Shown: piece by piece, positions 48,658 to 59,453 of the stretch
Layout of the letters: each line of letters starts with the position of its first letter
Position numbering within the stretch: the stretch's first letter is position 1
Origin: Spirochaetaceae bacterium
Lineage (GTDB): Bacteria > Spirochaetota > Spirochaetia > DSM-2461
Length of the DNA stretch: 64,000 nt
NCBI GenBank assembly: GCA_965224705.1
Contig: OZ245056.1
Location: forward strand, 2,208,001-2,272,000
Direction of reading: 5' to 3'
Made by a program: the position numbers and the translations under genes
Notes under the pieces: generated by a model
The model's database searches: none
What the model saw: the letters and a program-made list of their open reading frames with translations, nothing else
Told to the model about the DNA's origin: nothing

Positions 48658-49051
48658 TTTTACTTCCTAACTCAGTGATGTCAGTTACTTCATTGAGCTC
48701 ATCAAGACTGAAATCAGTCTCGTCAACTCTTTTTATGACGAAATGCCCGGTCAGTAGAAATGTATTCCGTTTTTCATTGTTGATTTCAATGAGATAAGAT
48801 TCAGTCCTCATGTATTCATATCCATCCCTGCGAAGACTCACCATCAGTTCTCCAGGGGGAGCTCGAAAGGTTATGTATTCATCATTATTCAGTACAAACT
48901 TGAGATGTTGATTGACAATCACCTGTAATTTTATTTCTACTCCAAGAATCTGAAATGGTCTGACAAGTAATACATCTACCAGAGGTTCTGCCGCAAATCC
49001 TGTAGAAACTGAAGAAATAATCAACAACAGCATTAAAGCAGTTTTTTTCAT
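48650..49051 (-). CDS. Hypothetical exported protein
   Basis: MKKTALMLLLII signal-like start with RBS. Confidence 0.6.
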   Translation of the reverse strand: MKKTALMLLLIISSVSTGFAAEPLVDVLLVRPFQILGVEIKLQVIVNQHLKFVLNNDEYITFRAPPGELMVSLRRDGYEYMRTESYLIEINNEKRNTFLLTGHFVIKRVDETDFSLDELNEVTDITELGSKNE

Positions 49052-49420
49052 TCTACTCTCCTCAATTCTATACAACCTACTACTATAGGGGTACGTTGAC
49101 ATCTAATGAAGACCTCGAATTGATATTATTTCACATTTTATTGATTTCGATAGACTTCATAGAGATAGTTGAATCCTCCGCCCGAATAGAAATCCCCTGA
49201 GAGTCAATGAATTTCCATCAGCAATGCATTCTCCAGTCAGCAGCCGGGCAGTGCAGAAAACACCTGGGCGCCCATTCCCCGGTGACCCTCTTGCAAAAGA
49301 TGCGTCAATCGCACCATCAATGAATCAGTCGTTTTCATTCATTTCTTGCTCGTTCTTTTCAAGCAGGTCACTTCCTATGAATAATAAGGTGCCCATAAGG
49401 CCATTCGCTTCAGTACTGAA

Positions 49421-49732
49421 CTATGAAATACATTTTGATTGTAGAATTCTGATGAAACAGCGAATTATCTCACGAACATAATCATCGGTTATTCGGTAGA
49501 TCCGCTTGTTTCCTTTGATGGAACACTCCACAATGTTATTCTTTTTGAGGACCGCAAGATGCTGACTGATCACAGGCTGAGACTCATTTAAACATCTCCA
49601 GAGATCTGTAACACAGGCATCCTGTTTCTCGATAAGACACAGTATATTGAACCTCAGAGGGTGCCCACAAACTTTGAGCTTCAGGGAGTACTCATTGGCC
49701 AGAGGATACAAAGAGTGAGTCGTATCAATCAT
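49421..49732 (-). CDS. ArsR/SmtB family transcriptional regulator
   Basis: HPLRFNIL and SQPVISQHLAVLK. Confidence 0.9.
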   Translation of the reverse strand: MIDTTHSLYPLANEYSLKLKVCGHPLRFNILCLIEKQDACVTDLWRCLNESQPVISQHLAVLKKNNIVECSIKGNKRIYRITDDYVREIIRCFIRILQSKCIS

Positions 49733-49792
49733 GGGTCCAGTATATCACAGAATTAACGCAAACATCACATGGCAAGCGATCACTTAAACTAT

Positions 49793-50368
49793 TTATTGCA
49801 CAATTCTATCGATGAACCATGCATGCAATTCAGCATTTCCTGCTAACTCCGGATGGAAACTCGCCGCAAGAATATTTCCCTGCCTGATCAGAACTGGTAA
49901 CTCTTCATAAGTTGAAAGGATTTCCACATTCTTTCCTGGAGATCCCCTTACAATTTGTGGTGCGCGAATAAAAACCCCATTGAATACCTTATCATCGATC
50001 TCCAACCCTGCTTCAAAGCTGTCAATCTGCCGTCCGTAAGCATTGCGAACCACCGTAACATCCAGGCCTTTGATTCGGGGCAGGCTGTCCCATTCCACCA
50101 GACGATCTGCCAGCAGAATCATACCCGCACAAGTTCCGAAAACAGGCAATCCGCCTGCTATCAATTCACGAATCGGATCAATGAGTTCCCATCGAACAAG
50201 CATCCTGCTCATGGTGGTACTCTCCCCGCCGGGCAATACCAGTGCATCAATACCGGACAAGTTTCCTGGTTCCCTCACTTCAACTGTTCTGGTATCAAGA
50301 CTGGAAAGAATTTCCATGTGCTTTGAGAAAGCACCCTGCAGGGCCAGGACGCCGATGATCTTTTTCAT
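49793..50368 (-). CDS. pdxT: PLP synthase glutaminase subunit
   Basis: GVLALQG, PGGEST, GTCAG, RNAYGRQIDSFE and FHPE. Confidence 0.96.
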   Translation of the reverse strand: MKKIIGVLALQGAFSKHMEILSSLDTRTVEVREPGNLSGIDALVLPGGESTTMSRMLVRWELIDPIRELIAGGLPVFGTCAGMILLADRLVEWDSLPRIKGLDVTVVRNAYGRQIDSFEAGLEIDDKVFNGVFIRAPQIVRGSPGKNVEILSTYEELPVLIRQGNILAASFHPELAGNAELHAWFIDRIVQ

Positions 50369-50385
50369 TATTATGCCACCCGGGA

Positions 50386-51294
50386 TTACCAGCCGCGCCT
50401 GGCCAATTTCTCCTTATCGGCAAGCTCGTCGCAGCCTATACCCACCATGGGTTCTCCCAATCCCTCTGATATCTGTGCCAGCTTATCTGCATCTTTGTAG
50501 TGAGTAACCGCTTCAACCATGGCCTTCGCCCTTCTGGCAGGATCGCTGGACTTGAATATCCCCGAACCAACGAACACCGATTCAGCACCCAGATGCATCA
50601 TCAGTGCCGCATCGGCTGGTATGGCCAATCCACCAGCAGAAAAGTTGGGAACTGGTAGTTTTCCAATTCCGGCCACTTCTTCAACGAGATCAAAAGGGGC
50701 ATTCAGTTCTCTGGCAGCAGTCATGAGCTGATCATGAGGCATCACGCTGAGAGATCTGATACCATCCATAAGGGTACGCATGTGGCGAACAGCTTCAATG
50801 ACATCACCTGTACCGGCCTCTCCCTTAGTGCGGATCATCGCAGCTCCTTCGCCAATGCGTCTCAGGGCCTCTCCAAGATTGCGGCAGCCACAGACAAAGG
50901 GGACCTTGAAAGCATTCTTGTCCACATGATACTGATCATCTGCCGGAGAAAGAACTTCGCTCTCATCAATGAAGTCAACACCGAGGGATTCAAGGATTCG
51001 GGCTTCCATGAAGTGACCTATACGGCATTTTGCCATTACAGGAATGGAAACTGATTTCTGGATACCATCAATCATTCTGGGATCAGACATCCGTGAAACT
51101 CCACCATCAGCCCTTATATCGGCTGGAACCCGCTCAAGAGCCATCACAGCAGCGGCTCCAGCATCTTCCGCTATTTTCGCGTGATCCGGGGTCACCACAT
51201 CCATAATGACACCGCCTTTGAGCATCTCGGCAAAACCAATTTTTATTTTCCATGTAGAATGCTGCCGATTAGACCAATGCATTTCTTCGCTCAT
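50386..51294 (-). CDS. pdxS: PLP synthase subunit
   Basis: [22 protein letters not shown] and [10 protein letters not shown]. Confidence 0.97.
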   Translation of the reverse strand: MSEEMHWSNRQHSTWKIKIGFAEMLKGGVIMDVVTPDHAKIAEDAGAAAVMALERVPADIRADGGVSRMSDPRMIDGIQKSVSIPVMAKCRIGHFMEARILESLGVDFIDESEVLSPADDQYHVDKNAFKVPFVCGCRNLGEALRRIGEGAAMIRTKGEAGTGDVIEAVRHMRTLMDGIRSLSVMPHDQLMTAARELNAPFDLVEEVAGIGKLPVPNFSAGGLAIPADAALMMHLGAESVFVGSGIFKSSDPARRAKAMVEAVTHYKDADKLAQISEGLGEPMVGIGCDELADKEKLARRGW

Positions 51295-51324
51295 TCTTTA
51301 CTCCCGTCATTTATAATGACTTTT

Positions 51325-51397
51325 CGCGCCCTGCAGGATTCGAACCTGCGACCTACGGGTTCGAAGCCCGGTACTCTATCCACTGAGCTAAGGACGC
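51325..51397 (-). tRNA. tRNA-Arg (anticodon TCG)
   Basis: Cloverleaf GCGTCCTTAGCTCAGTGGATAGAG...CT-TCG-AA...GGTTCGAATCC. Confidence 0.93.
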
Positions 51398-51404
51398 ATC
51401 AATG

Positions 51405-51477
51405 GGTGGATGACGGGATTTGAACCCGCGACAACCAGAACCACAATCTGGCGCTCTACCACTGAACTACATCCACC
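51405..51477 (-). tRNA. tRNA-His (anticodon GTG)
   Basis: G-1 plus GTGGATG acceptor stem, CCAGA-TTGTGGT-TCTGG anticodon arm, GGTTCAAATCC. Confidence 0.93.
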
Positions 51478-51810
51478 ATGCAGGCATTTTTTACCCTTGT
51501 ATGGAATCTCTGTCAAGATGTAAAAACCCCTTCATCAGGGTGACCTGTCATAATTTTTTCAGTTCAGTACAGGTTACGTCCACCCAGAAGACATACTTCT
51601 TCAGTTTCACGGATGTTGATTCACTGTCAATGATGACTCACATACACCGGCACTGGACGATCCAATGTACCCGACCTTGAATGGCTCCTGGCTACAGAGA
51701 AACCTTCAGAGATTCCGCTGTTGATCTCGAAGTAGAGTTTCTCAAAGGTACTGCTGACACTCTGAACGATTTCTGTTAGAATTTTCCATCAGGATGCAAT
51801 ATCCAGTAAG

Positions 51811-53199
51811 GTGGCTAATATGAAGAAACGGATTGAACGTGACTCCATGGGAGAAGTACAACTCCCCGAAGATTCCTGGTATGGTGCCCAAACTCAAAGG
51901 GCAGTGGAAAATTTCGGCGTATCTCCCCTGAAACTTCCTGAAGAGTTTATCAAGGCTCTGGCTCTCGTTAAGAAGGCAGCCGCATTGACCAATAAAAAAT
52001 TGGGATCTGTCGATGGCAGTCTGGCCGATGCCATAGTTGAGGCTGCCGATGAAGTAATAGCCGGCAGGCTCAATGCAGAGTTTCCGGTTGATGTATTTCA
52101 AACGGGCAGTGCAACCAGTACCAACATGAACATGAATGAGGTTTTGGCCAACAAGGCCAATGTATTCCTCAGTGGAAGAAAAGGTACCCGGAGTCCAGTT
52201 CATCCCAATGATCATGTCAACAAGGGACAGTCGTCCAATGATGTCATTCCCACAGCACTTCATATTGCCAACCGGCTCGCTGCAGAAAGAATGACAAAAT
52301 CTCTTACAGTTTTAGAGAAATCTCTGGCCCGGAAAGAAGAGGAGTTTGCAGATGCTATCAAACTGGGCCGTACACATCTTCAAGATGCTGTCCCCATGAC
52401 TCTTGGGCAGGAATTTGGTGCCTTCCGTGAGCAGGTATCAAAGGGTGTTAAACGGATTGAGTCCACATTCGCCCATCTGGAGGAACTTGCTCTGGGAGGA
52501 ACGGCGGTGGGGTCTGGACTCAATTGCCCGGAGGGATTTGCCAGGGGAGCGATTGAAATTATCGCCGGTGAAACCGGTGTGCCTTTTGTCGGTGCACCCA
52601 GCCGATTTGAAGCCATTGCCTGCCGCGATGCCCAGGTGGAGCTCATGGGAGCCGTGAATACGGCAGCCGTATCTCTTGGAAAAATTGCCAACGACCTCCG
52701 TTTGCTTTCATCCGGCCCGAGGGCCGGATTGGGAGAAATTACTCTGCCGGCCCTCCAGCCTGGAAGTTCCATCATGCCGGGTAAGGTAAACCCTGTTATG
52801 CCGGAGATGATGGTGCAGGCCACCGCTTTTGCCCAGGGTCAGGCTCTGTCCGTGAGTATTGGGGGTTTGACAGGTCCTCTGCAGCTGAACATGATGCACC
52901 CTGTGATTTCCTGGTGCTCGCTGAGAGCCATGGAAATTCTCGGCAATGCGGCCCGGGCCCTGGCAGAGAGATGTATCAACGGCATTGAGGCTGTTCGGGA
53001 AAGGGCGGAGGCATGGATAGAGCAAAGTCTTGCCCTGGTAACACCTCTGGCCCTCAGCATTGGGTACGATAAGGCCGCAGCATTTGCCCATGAGGCCTTT
53101 AAAACGGGAAAAACCGTTCGGGAAGTGGTCAAGGCTTCCGGTGTATTGAGTGATGAAGAGGTGGATCGCCTACTTGATCCGCAGTCCATGATTCGCTGA
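51811..53199 (+). CDS. fumC: Class II fumarate hydratase
   Basis: RIERDSMG, FQTGSATSTNMN, GRTHLQDA and GSSIMPGKVNP. Confidence 0.9.
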   Translation: MANMKKRIERDSMGEVQLPEDSWYGAQTQRAVENFGVSPLKLPEEFIKALALVKKAAALTNKKLGSVDGSLADAIVEAADEVIAGRLNAEFPVDVFQTGSATSTNMNMNEVLANKANVFLSGRKGTRSPVHPNDHVNKGQSSNDVIPTALHIANRLAAERMTKSLTVLEKSLARKEEEFADAIKLGRTHLQDAVPMTLGQEFGAFREQVSKGVKRIESTFAHLEELALGGTAVGSGLNCPEGFARGAIEIIAGETGVPFVGAPSRFEAIACRDAQVELMGAVNTAAVSLGKIANDLRLLSSGPRAGLGEITLPALQPGSSIMPGKVNPVMPEMMVQATAFAQGQALSVSIGGLTGPLQLNMMHPVISWCSLRAMEILGNAARALAERCINGIEAVRERAEAWIEQSLALVTPLALSIGYDKAAAFAHEAFKTGKTVREVVKASGVLSDEEVDRLLDPQSMIR

Positions 53200-53287
53200 A
53201 CCTGGCTGTGATTTTCAAGCAGGAACTTTCAAGGAGTCTGTCGGACTTTTGACAGCTCTTCTCTACTACTTGAAATGACCCAGGCGG

Positions 53288-54115
53288 CTATCCTTTTACA
53301 GCCCCTGCAGTCAGGCCTTTGATAAATTCTCTTGACAGAAGTATATACAGTATCAGCATGGGTATGGCTGCCAGGGAAAGGACGGCCAGTGCACGAGTCC
53401 AGTCGGTGCGATACTGCCCAAACAGGAGTGATACACCCAATGCCACAGTTCGCGATTCAACTGAGCGGATGAAAACAAGGGGAAACCAGAAATCATTCCA
53501 TATCTTGATCATGTTAAAAATGGCGACGGTCGCCAGTGCTGGACGCATCAGGGGAATAACCAGACGGCTGTATACCTGCCATTCAGTTGTTCCGTCAATC
53601 TGTGCCGCTTCAAACATTGCGTTTGGCAGTTCCTTAATGAATGCGGTCAATACAAAAGTGGCAATCGGCATTCCCATGGCAATGTAGACAGGAATGAGAC
53701 TCCAGTATGTATCCTGTAGATTAAGTGCTTTGATAATACGAACCAGATCAATGGTTCCCAGACGAATGGGAATCATCAATCCCGCGATGAAGAAAACATA
53801 CAGAAACTTTGAATACCTTGATTTCCATTTTGCCAGTGCATAAGCCGCCAGTGAACCAATAAAAAGAATCAATCCCAGAGAAATAAATGTAACTATAAGA
53901 GTATTGACAAAGTACAAATCAAATCGGCCGGAACTCCAGGCAGCTTTGTATCCTTCCAGGGTAAAAGCTGATGGCAATCCAAATGGATTCTTAAAGATTT
54001 CTTTTTGCGGTTTGAATGAGTTTATTATAAGTGTCCATATAGGAAATAGAACTATAGCTGACCAGATGGCTAAGACAAGGTAGGTGATTATGTTTTTCAG
54101 GTTTCTACGATTCAT
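53288..54115 (-). CDS. Carbohydrate ABC transporter permease
   Basis: EAAQIDG loop, WNDF and GLTAGAVKG. Confidence 0.92.
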   Translation of the reverse strand: MNRRNLKNIITYLVLAIWSAIVLFPIWTLIINSFKPQKEIFKNPFGLPSAFTLEGYKAAWSSGRFDLYFVNTLIVTFISLGLILFIGSLAAYALAKWKSRYSKFLYVFFIAGLMIPIRLGTIDLVRIIKALNLQDTYWSLIPVYIAMGMPIATFVLTAFIKELPNAMFEAAQIDGTTEWQVYSRLVIPLMRPALATVAIFNMIKIWNDFWFPLVFIRSVESRTVALGVSLLFGQYRTDWTRALAVLSLAAIPMLILYILLSREFIKGLTAGAVKG

Positions 54116-54127
54116 AATTTCTCAGAC

Positions 54128-55084
54128 TTAATTTGATTCCTCTTTGCGTGAGTAGTACAGCCATAACAGAACACCGGACATGAGTATCAGAAAGGTCATT
54201 GTTGCAATTGTGGCCCCCATTCCCATATCGGGAATTCCCACAGGATGTTCCCCGGCTATGCCTGTTCTATAAAAAAGTGTCGCCAGTAGATCGGTGGAGT
54301 AACCTGGCTCTCCTCTGGCTCCAGCCATGGCATAGATAATGTCAAAAGCATTGAAGTTATCCACAAAAGTGAGAATTGATACAACGCCGATGACCGGTTT
54401 GAGCAGCGGGAATTTGATATGCCAGAAAATATGCCATTCTGATGCACCATCAATCCGTGCTGCTTCAAGTAATTCGTCAGATATCCCCATCAAACCTGCA
54501 AGAAACATAACCGTGGGCATCCCGACCCACTGCCAGACAGAAGCAAGTGAGATGATGGGAAGGGCCAGGTTTTCCCGGCCAAGCCAGGGAAGGGCCCACT
54601 GCTCAAGTCCTATGGCAATCAAAGTCTGATTCAATGCTCCCCAGTGTGGATTAAGAATCAGAGTCCATAAAAAACCAACAACCAGAACAGAGAGAGTAGC
54701 CGGCATAAAAATGATCGTGCGAAAGAAGTTTCTTCCTTTGAAATCCGAAGAAAGCAGATTGGCAAACAGCATGCCCAGACTGTTTTGCACGATCATATGG
54801 ATGGCAAAAAATATACATGTGTGCCAGAAAGCACCCAGAAACTTATTCAGCCAGAGAGGGTTGGTAAAAAGACTTATATAGTTTTGAAGACCAACAAACT
54901 CTGTTGGTCTATAGCCCTTTCCTGTGTAAAGACTCAGGCGCAGGGAGTCAAACAATGGCCCAGCCATAAAAACAAGATATGTCAGCAGGGCGGGAAGTAG
55001 AAAGATAATCCAGGTTATTCTGCGGTGATTTTCGGCATTTCTTAAACCGGAACTCTTTCGGAACAAAGAAAATGGCTGGTTCAT
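54128..55084 (-). CDS. Carbohydrate ABC transporter permease
   Basis: FVGLQNY and EAARIDGAS. Confidence 0.92.
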   Translation of the reverse strand: MNQPFSLFRKSSGLRNAENHRRITWIIFLLPALLTYLVFMAGPLFDSLRLSLYTGKGYRPTEFVGLQNYISLFTNPLWLNKFLGAFWHTCIFFAIHMIVQNSLGMLFANLLSSDFKGRNFFRTIIFMPATLSVLVVGFLWTLILNPHWGALNQTLIAIGLEQWALPWLGRENLALPIISLASVWQWVGMPTVMFLAGLMGISDELLEAARIDGASEWHIFWHIKFPLLKPVIGVVSILTFVDNFNAFDIIYAMAGARGEPGYSTDLLATLFYRTGIAGEHPVGIPDMGMGATIATMTFLILMSGVLLWLYYSRKEESN

Positions 55085-55115
55085 TCTGACTCCATCATTT
55101 AGGAAGAGAGGGACT

Positions 55116-55144
55116 CCCTCCTGTCTTTTCTGACGACAGGAGGG
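55116..55144 (-). terminator. Stem-loop after the sugar-binding protein gene
   Basis: CCCTCCTGTC...GACAGGAGGG 10-bp stem. Confidence 0.5.
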
Positions 55145-55150
55145 CTGCTG

Positions 55151-56431
55151 CTAAGGCGTATACCAGGCGGAAAGATCCGTATTAAAGGAATCTGCGGCTT
55201 CCACAGGGGATTTCTCATCCTTGAGAACTGCAATCACATTGTTATTCAGAGATGTGTAAGCATCAATACTTCCCGATGGTGCTGCCAGGAGTTTCTCCCA
55301 TACGAAACGGATATCAACACCTGCGGCTGAATTGTTGAAGGCCAGGAAATCATTTGCAACAGGATCATCCAGGCTGGGAACTGTTCTGGTCATGGGGAAG
55401 AAGCCGGGAAGACTGTTCCCCAGCAAACTGGCGAATTTTGAGGTTTCCAGCCATTCAAGAAATGTCATCGCGGCTTCAAGATTGGCTGAAGCAGTGTTTG
55501 CTCCTACAGCAGCATCGACATGGAATGTGACATATAAATCCTTTCCACTGAGTGCTGGAGGATAAAAAACGCCCCATTCGAAATCCAGATCGTTCTTCTT
55601 CAACTCACTGATACTCCACGATCCATCAAACAGCATTGCTGCCTCACCCTGCATGAAGAGCTGCCCGGCATCATAATAGCTTACGGCTTCAAACCCAGCG
55701 GGAAGATAGGGTTTTATATCTTTTATCTGCTGGAAGGATGCCACGATTTCATCACTGTTGAACGGACGTGTCCCATCCAGATAAGCCATTCGGCCTTCGT
55801 AACCGCCGATGTTGCTGGGGATTAACTGCATCATCACGACTTCATTAATATCCCATGCATCTTTTGTTCCATTTGCAAAGGGTATAATATCAGCATCAAG
55901 CAAAACCTTTGCATCAGCTATGAGGTCTTCCCACGTTTCAGGAATATCCAGCCCATTGGCCTCAAATAGATCTTTGTTGTAGTAGATCCCATGAGAAACA
56001 GCCATGATTGGCACGGCATAAGGTTCGCCTGTGGAGGTAGACCACGGTGCTCTGGAACCTTTGGAAAAAACATCCATGAGTCCGGGAAGATTGGACAGTG
56101 ATGCAATGTAGCCAGCCTCAAACAGCTCAAGTCCTGCTGCAAAAGATCGGACAAAGAAGAGATCGGGGCCAGTCCCGGTTTCCAACTGGGTGCGAAGGGT
56201 TGCATTGTAATCCGGCGGATTGGTGGGGTCAAACTTTACCACAATGCCGGGGTGGTCTTTGCTGAATTCAGCATTGATAGCCTCCCAGGCGGCAGCATCA
56301 TCCACCCGCCAGGAACCCAGTGTCAGGGTAACTGTTGAATCTTCAGCGGCATCGGCCTTTTTTCTCGCTCCACAACTCATTGTCATCAAAACAGATATGA
56401 TGGCGATTCCAAGTATTAGTTTATTACGCAT
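55151..56431 (-). CDS. Carbohydrate ABC substrate-binding lipoprotein
   Basis: TMSC lipobox, GPDLF, YYNKDLF...PETWEDL. Confidence 0.9.
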   Translation of the reverse strand: MRNKLILGIAIISVLMTMSCGARKKADAAEDSTVTLTLGSWRVDDAAAWEAINAEFSKDHPGIVVKFDPTNPPDYNATLRTQLETGTGPDLFFVRSFAAGLELFEAGYIASLSNLPGLMDVFSKGSRAPWSTSTGEPYAVPIMAVSHGIYYNKDLFEANGLDIPETWEDLIADAKVLLDADIIPFANGTKDAWDINEVVMMQLIPSNIGGYEGRMAYLDGTRPFNSDEIVASFQQIKDIKPYLPAGFEAVSYYDAGQLFMQGEAAMLFDGSWSISELKKNDLDFEWGVFYPPALSGKDLYVTFHVDAAVGANTASANLEAAMTFLEWLETSKFASLLGNSLPGFFPMTRTVPSLDDPVANDFLAFNNSAAGVDIRFVWEKLLAAPSGSIDAYTSLNNNVIAVLKDEKSPVEAADSFNTDLSAWYTP

Positions 56432-56518
56432 TTTTTACTCCTTTTATGTTTTACATGCATAGTTGAAAGGTATCAGTTAGAGAAGGAATGTCGCTACTCC
56501 TGGTGCTACCTCAGGCAG

Positions 56519-56547
56519 ATTTTCATTGAAAATGAAACTTTTGTCAA
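56519..56547 (-). promoter_or_regulatory. Putative promoter with an overlapping palindromic operator for the sugar ABC operon
   Basis: TTGACA-17-GAAAAT on the minus strand; TTTCAT-N5-ATGAAA palindrome at 56521-56537. Confidence 0.4.
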
Positions 56548-56863
56548 GCCTTTATATGAAAAAAGCTATCTTTCCATGTTTCAAACACATCTCTCTCTCA
56601 AAGCAGGAATCTCGGCCCGTTCCTTCCATGCCGCTTCTTTGTTTAGAGCCGACAGAATGGAGTATTGAAGTATCTTTTGTGCGGTAAGACGAAAACACCT
56701 TCTCATGTCCTCTGACGTAAAGCTGCCTGGGAAGAAACAAATCCTTGAGATGGGAGTTGCCCGCTCCACCTGCTTCTCATATCTCAGTAAGTTCTCCGGG
56801 TTGCTCCCCTCCTGGGTTGTCCCCGCTTACATGTCCCACAGGTTCATCTTTAAGCGTTTTCGA

Positions 56864-57083
56864 GTGTCAGTAAGCTTGTTGTAGCCTGGCTTCATTAGAA
56901 TCCATCCAGAAGTAGATCCCTGTCCGGTGTAGTCGTTTAATGTTGATTGATGGCTGTGATTCGGCGAATCACTCTCTGGAACGGTGAAAAGTCCTGTCGG
57001 CGAAGGTCATTGTAACTACGTATTCTATAAGATATTAATTTTCTGATGAAAGCAATCGATTTATTTAACAAGCTTTCTGACAC
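56864..57083. mobile_element. 220-bp MITE family C copy
   Basis: GTGTCAGTAAGCTTGT / ACAAGCTTTCTGACAC ends; same length as and colinear with 47882-48101. Confidence 0.75.
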
Positions 57084-57278
57084 TACATAGGCGTTTCAAC
57101 AGCCATGGCCTCCTATGATTGAAAACAGTGCAGCGGATGTGGTTTTTTCACCGTGACTTCAAATGCGGATTACAGAAAATTCAGTTGAATGAGTTTTCGA
57201 AGAGGCTCAGAATCAATACTGATTCCTACAATACTGTCACAGCGGATAACACAGGGCAGCAGGGCACCTGAAACTGTG

Positions 57279-59402
57279 TCAGCAGCGGAACAATTCCTGC
57301 AATGCTTCCAATTCCTTCCCTGATTCAGAGATAAATGTGTTGTCACAGAATTTTCCTATAACAGCATCCCGTTCTTCTTCTGAATCATAGATGCTGTTAC
57401 GAAAACTGTTTTCATAATCCTTCAGGCGGCTTGATTTTATTCCGTTAAAGATGAACCTGGCGGTGTTCAGGGCTTCGGAAATCAGTGTTTCAAGGTCAAC
57501 GGAGTCAGAAAATTCCATTAGAATCCGTTTCGCATGCTCACAGCGCCTCTTCCGATAGTGACCAGCTATTTTCTTATAGGCTCTGTGAACCCCATCCCAG
57601 GAATCAATTTTTCCAGATCTGATGTTTTCCTTCAATCTTTCCAGATCTGAATTCCTCATCAACTGACCTCCGATATTCTCCCATGAGTCAAAACCATGGG
57701 CTTCTTCATCTTGTGAGTTGCTGCTGGATGCAAGGGCTTTGGCCAGAGCTTCATAACCGCCGGAATCTAACAGGGTTCGAACAATGTAGAAGCGAATCAT
57801 CAGACCATAGTCCCGCCAACCCCTTCCGGCGTGGAGAATCCGCACGGGTCGTTTCCCGGATTCCACTGTATCAGTACCGATGATGAGTTCTGGATCTTCA
57901 GTTTGCAGAAGGCTTTTGCCATCGGGATAATCACCTTTTGTCACAGCCTGAGATTGATCAGCCCAGGATTCCAGATACTTGCGGCCTACCAGCATCTGAT
58001 CAACTGTATCGGGAGCCAGCCAGTCGTATTCAAGCTGCTGGCAGTCACCTGAACGGGAATCCCGGATGGCTGTTTTGGAGCTATTGCGTGCCAGGGCATA
58101 CATATTGTAATGGAACCAGTAGCCCGGCATTAAATTGAGTTCTCCTGCTGCTTCATTGTTACTCACCAGGCAGAAAGGAAGGGTGATATTGAGTTCTGAC
58201 GGGTAGGATCCCCGGGTAATGAGGCAGAATGCAGCAAACCTGGAATTGTGTTTGAGGCTGACACTTAAACCAGGCCAGAAACCACGGTCGGCTGTTATTT
58301 CCCCATCATTGGCCCGGGAGTTATGGTTGGATCCTATTGTTGCGGCTGCAGCCATATTGCTCATACCTTTGAAGATGCTGGCACAGAGGAATGAGGAGTT
58401 ATGATGCTGCTCATGAGCACCGAAGAGGAGGGAATTGAGGACTTCACAGCAGCTTATGGTGGAATTGGGACCCAGAATTGAATTGATGAGCCGGGCACCG
58501 TACTTAAGAACCGAGTGGTCACTCAGTACGAATCTGACAGCCTTGACACCGTAGAACACACGGCAGGCGTAACCGATAATCCCGTTCACAAGTTCACAGC
58601 CTTCGCCGATTTGAGTCGGCTGATCAGGAGAACTGTTGATTGTGAGGTTTTTAAGTTTGTTCGCTCCTTTAATATAGGCTGACTTCCCTATGCGGATGTC
58701 TTTAAGGATTCGGCTGTCCTTGATAACAGAACCATCATCAATGAGACTGTAATGACCCAGACGGGAATCTTCCAGTTTGTCCGTCATTCCAACAAAGCTC
58801 TTCATGAGTTTTTCATCGTCTCTGTACTTGGACCATATCCAGGCATCGGCCGGAAGAATTCCATCAAAAGGCAGTACTTTGCGGCCGGCATTTTCATTGG
58901 CAATTTCTACCCAGATCCTTATTTCTTCGGATTCTCCTTCCTTAATTACTCCATTTCCGAATTTTGCATGATTGGTGGTGATTACTTCATCGATGTTAAA
59001 AAGGATGCACCGTTCCCCAATCCGGGTATGCGAAAGATAGGCCACATTGTGAATGGCAGCGTTGTGTGAGATGTCGCAGGCAATAATAGTTGATGAATAG
59101 AGTCCAATGGGGAGTTTGAAGTCATGGTGTTCAAGGCAGGCATCCTGAAGAGCTCCGATGCGGTTGGGGCCATAGAAATGGCAGTGCCGAACCAATTCTG
59201 CCTGGAAGCCATGCTGTACAAGAATGTTATCCCATGAGTCAGCCTGATTACCCTGTGATTTCAGGATGGCTGTTTCATCAGAAGATAATGACCTCCAGTC
59301 TTCTAAAGTTGTGCCGAATGGTAGTGGACGTTCTTCATCCTTCCTGCCGGGAATGTAATTGAAGCCAAGAGAATTTCCAGGAATGATTCTGACGTTACTC
59401 AT
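57279..59402 (-). CDS. DUF4954-like protein with hexapeptide (left-handed beta-helix) repeats
   Basis: IGEGCELVNGIIG, ISCCEVLNSL, HEQHHNSSFL and GSNHNSR. Confidence 0.7.
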   Translation of the reverse strand: MSNVRIIPGNSLGFNYIPGRKDEERPLPFGTTLEDWRSLSSDETAILKSQGNQADSWDNILVQHGFQAELVRHCHFYGPNRIGALQDACLEHHDFKLPIGLYSSTIIACDISHNAAIHNVAYLSHTRIGERCILFNIDEVITTNHAKFGNGVIKEGESEEIRIWVEIANENAGRKVLPFDGILPADAWIWSKYRDDEKLMKSFVGMTDKLEDSRLGHYSLIDDGSVIKDSRILKDIRIGKSAYIKGANKLKNLTINSSPDQPTQIGEGCELVNGIIGYACRVFYGVKAVRFVLSDHSVLKYGARLINSILGPNSTISCCEVLNSLLFGAHEQHHNSSFLCASIFKGMSNMAAAATIGSNHNSRANDGEITADRGFWPGLSVSLKHNSRFAAFCLITRGSYPSELNITLPFCLVSNNEAAGELNLMPGYWFHYNMYALARNSSKTAIRDSRSGDCQQLEYDWLAPDTVDQMLVGRKYLESWADQSQAVTKGDYPDGKSLLQTEDPELIIGTDTVESGKRPVRILHAGRGWRDYGLMIRFYIVRTLLDSGGYEALAKALASSSNSQDEEAHGFDSWENIGGQLMRNSDLERLKENIRSGKIDSWDGVHRAYKKIAGHYRKRRCEHAKRILMEFSDSVDLETLISEALNTARFIFNGIKSSRLKDYENSFRNSIYDSEEERDAVIGKFCDNTFISESGKELEALQELFRC

Positions 59403-59453
59403 TGTATTTGATTTTTGATCCTGTCCTATACTTCTGAGTATACAGTTAACAGC

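Noticed and set aside
51325..51477. tRNA genes as an island integration site
   Set aside because: No integrase or duplicated tRNA 3' end noticed nearby; flanked by housekeeping genes
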